Origin: Malacoraja senta
Lineage: Eukaryota
Assembly (NCBI GenBank): GCA_038087875.1
Contig: CM075987.1
Location: forward strand, 16,120,001-16,184,000
Reading direction: 5' to 3'
Length of the DNA: 64,000 nucleotides
Shown: in pieces, positions 63,906-64,000 of the stretch
Numbering within the stretch: the stretch's first letter is position 1
Layout of the letters: each line of letters opens with the position of its first letter
The notes under the pieces: generated by a model
Told to the model about the DNA's origin: nothing
Seen by the model: the letters and a program-made list of their open reading frames with translations, nothing else
Databases searched by the model: none
Made by a program: the position numbers and the translations under genes

Positions 63906-64000
63906 ATAGTGGTCCAAGCAATATCCAGCCCTCGCTCAACACCACCAACAAAAACAGGCTGGTCATTAGCACATTTTTGGTTTTGTACAAATTGTACAAT

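Noticed and set aside
60913-64000. Next RALGDS exon (expected EGTSKFA... motif)
   Set aside because: Not found in the window; presumably lies downstream.
1-64000. CRISPR array or prokaryotic operon/defence system
   Set aside because: Intron-exon structure and vertebrate TE content; the recurring palindromes are dispersed TE copies, not regularly spaced repeat-spacer units.

Overview
Eukaryotic vertebrate genomic DNA, repeat-rich, with one 200-N scaffold gap. The repeat families (HE1-like tRNA SINEs, CR1/HER1-like LINEs, Deu-domain SINEs) point to a cartilaginous fish, probably a skate or ray (inference). The only host gene I can support is RALGDS (Ral guanine nucleotide dissociation stimulator) on the + strand. 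Nine coding exons (30714..60912) have canonical GT-AG sites and consistent phases, giving 426 codons that cover the N-terminus, the REM domain and most of the CDC25/RasGEF domain; the 3' exons lie beyond the window. Most ORFs in the supplied track are spurious or transposon-derived. The most interesting non-genic signals are: (1) a ~1.2-kb non-autonomous Helitron (A|TC...hairpin-CTAG|T, 9437..10634) that appears to carry a captured, frameshifted exon with its splice donor; (2) a high-copy family of fold-back repeats with a minimal hammerhead-ribozyme-like core (CTGAAGA-stem-GAAACGTH) typical of Penelope-like elements, two copies of which have 13-16 bp target-site duplications; (3) four PIF/Harbinger-type MITEs with TAA-type TSDs, one of them composite; (4) a hAT MITE with a perfect 8-bp TSD; (5) the 3' end of a HERO-like restriction-endonuclease LINE with a structured 3' UTR. 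RALGDS also shows a triple CAG acceptor at exon 6 and lacks the mammalian Pro/Ala/Glu-rich linker.
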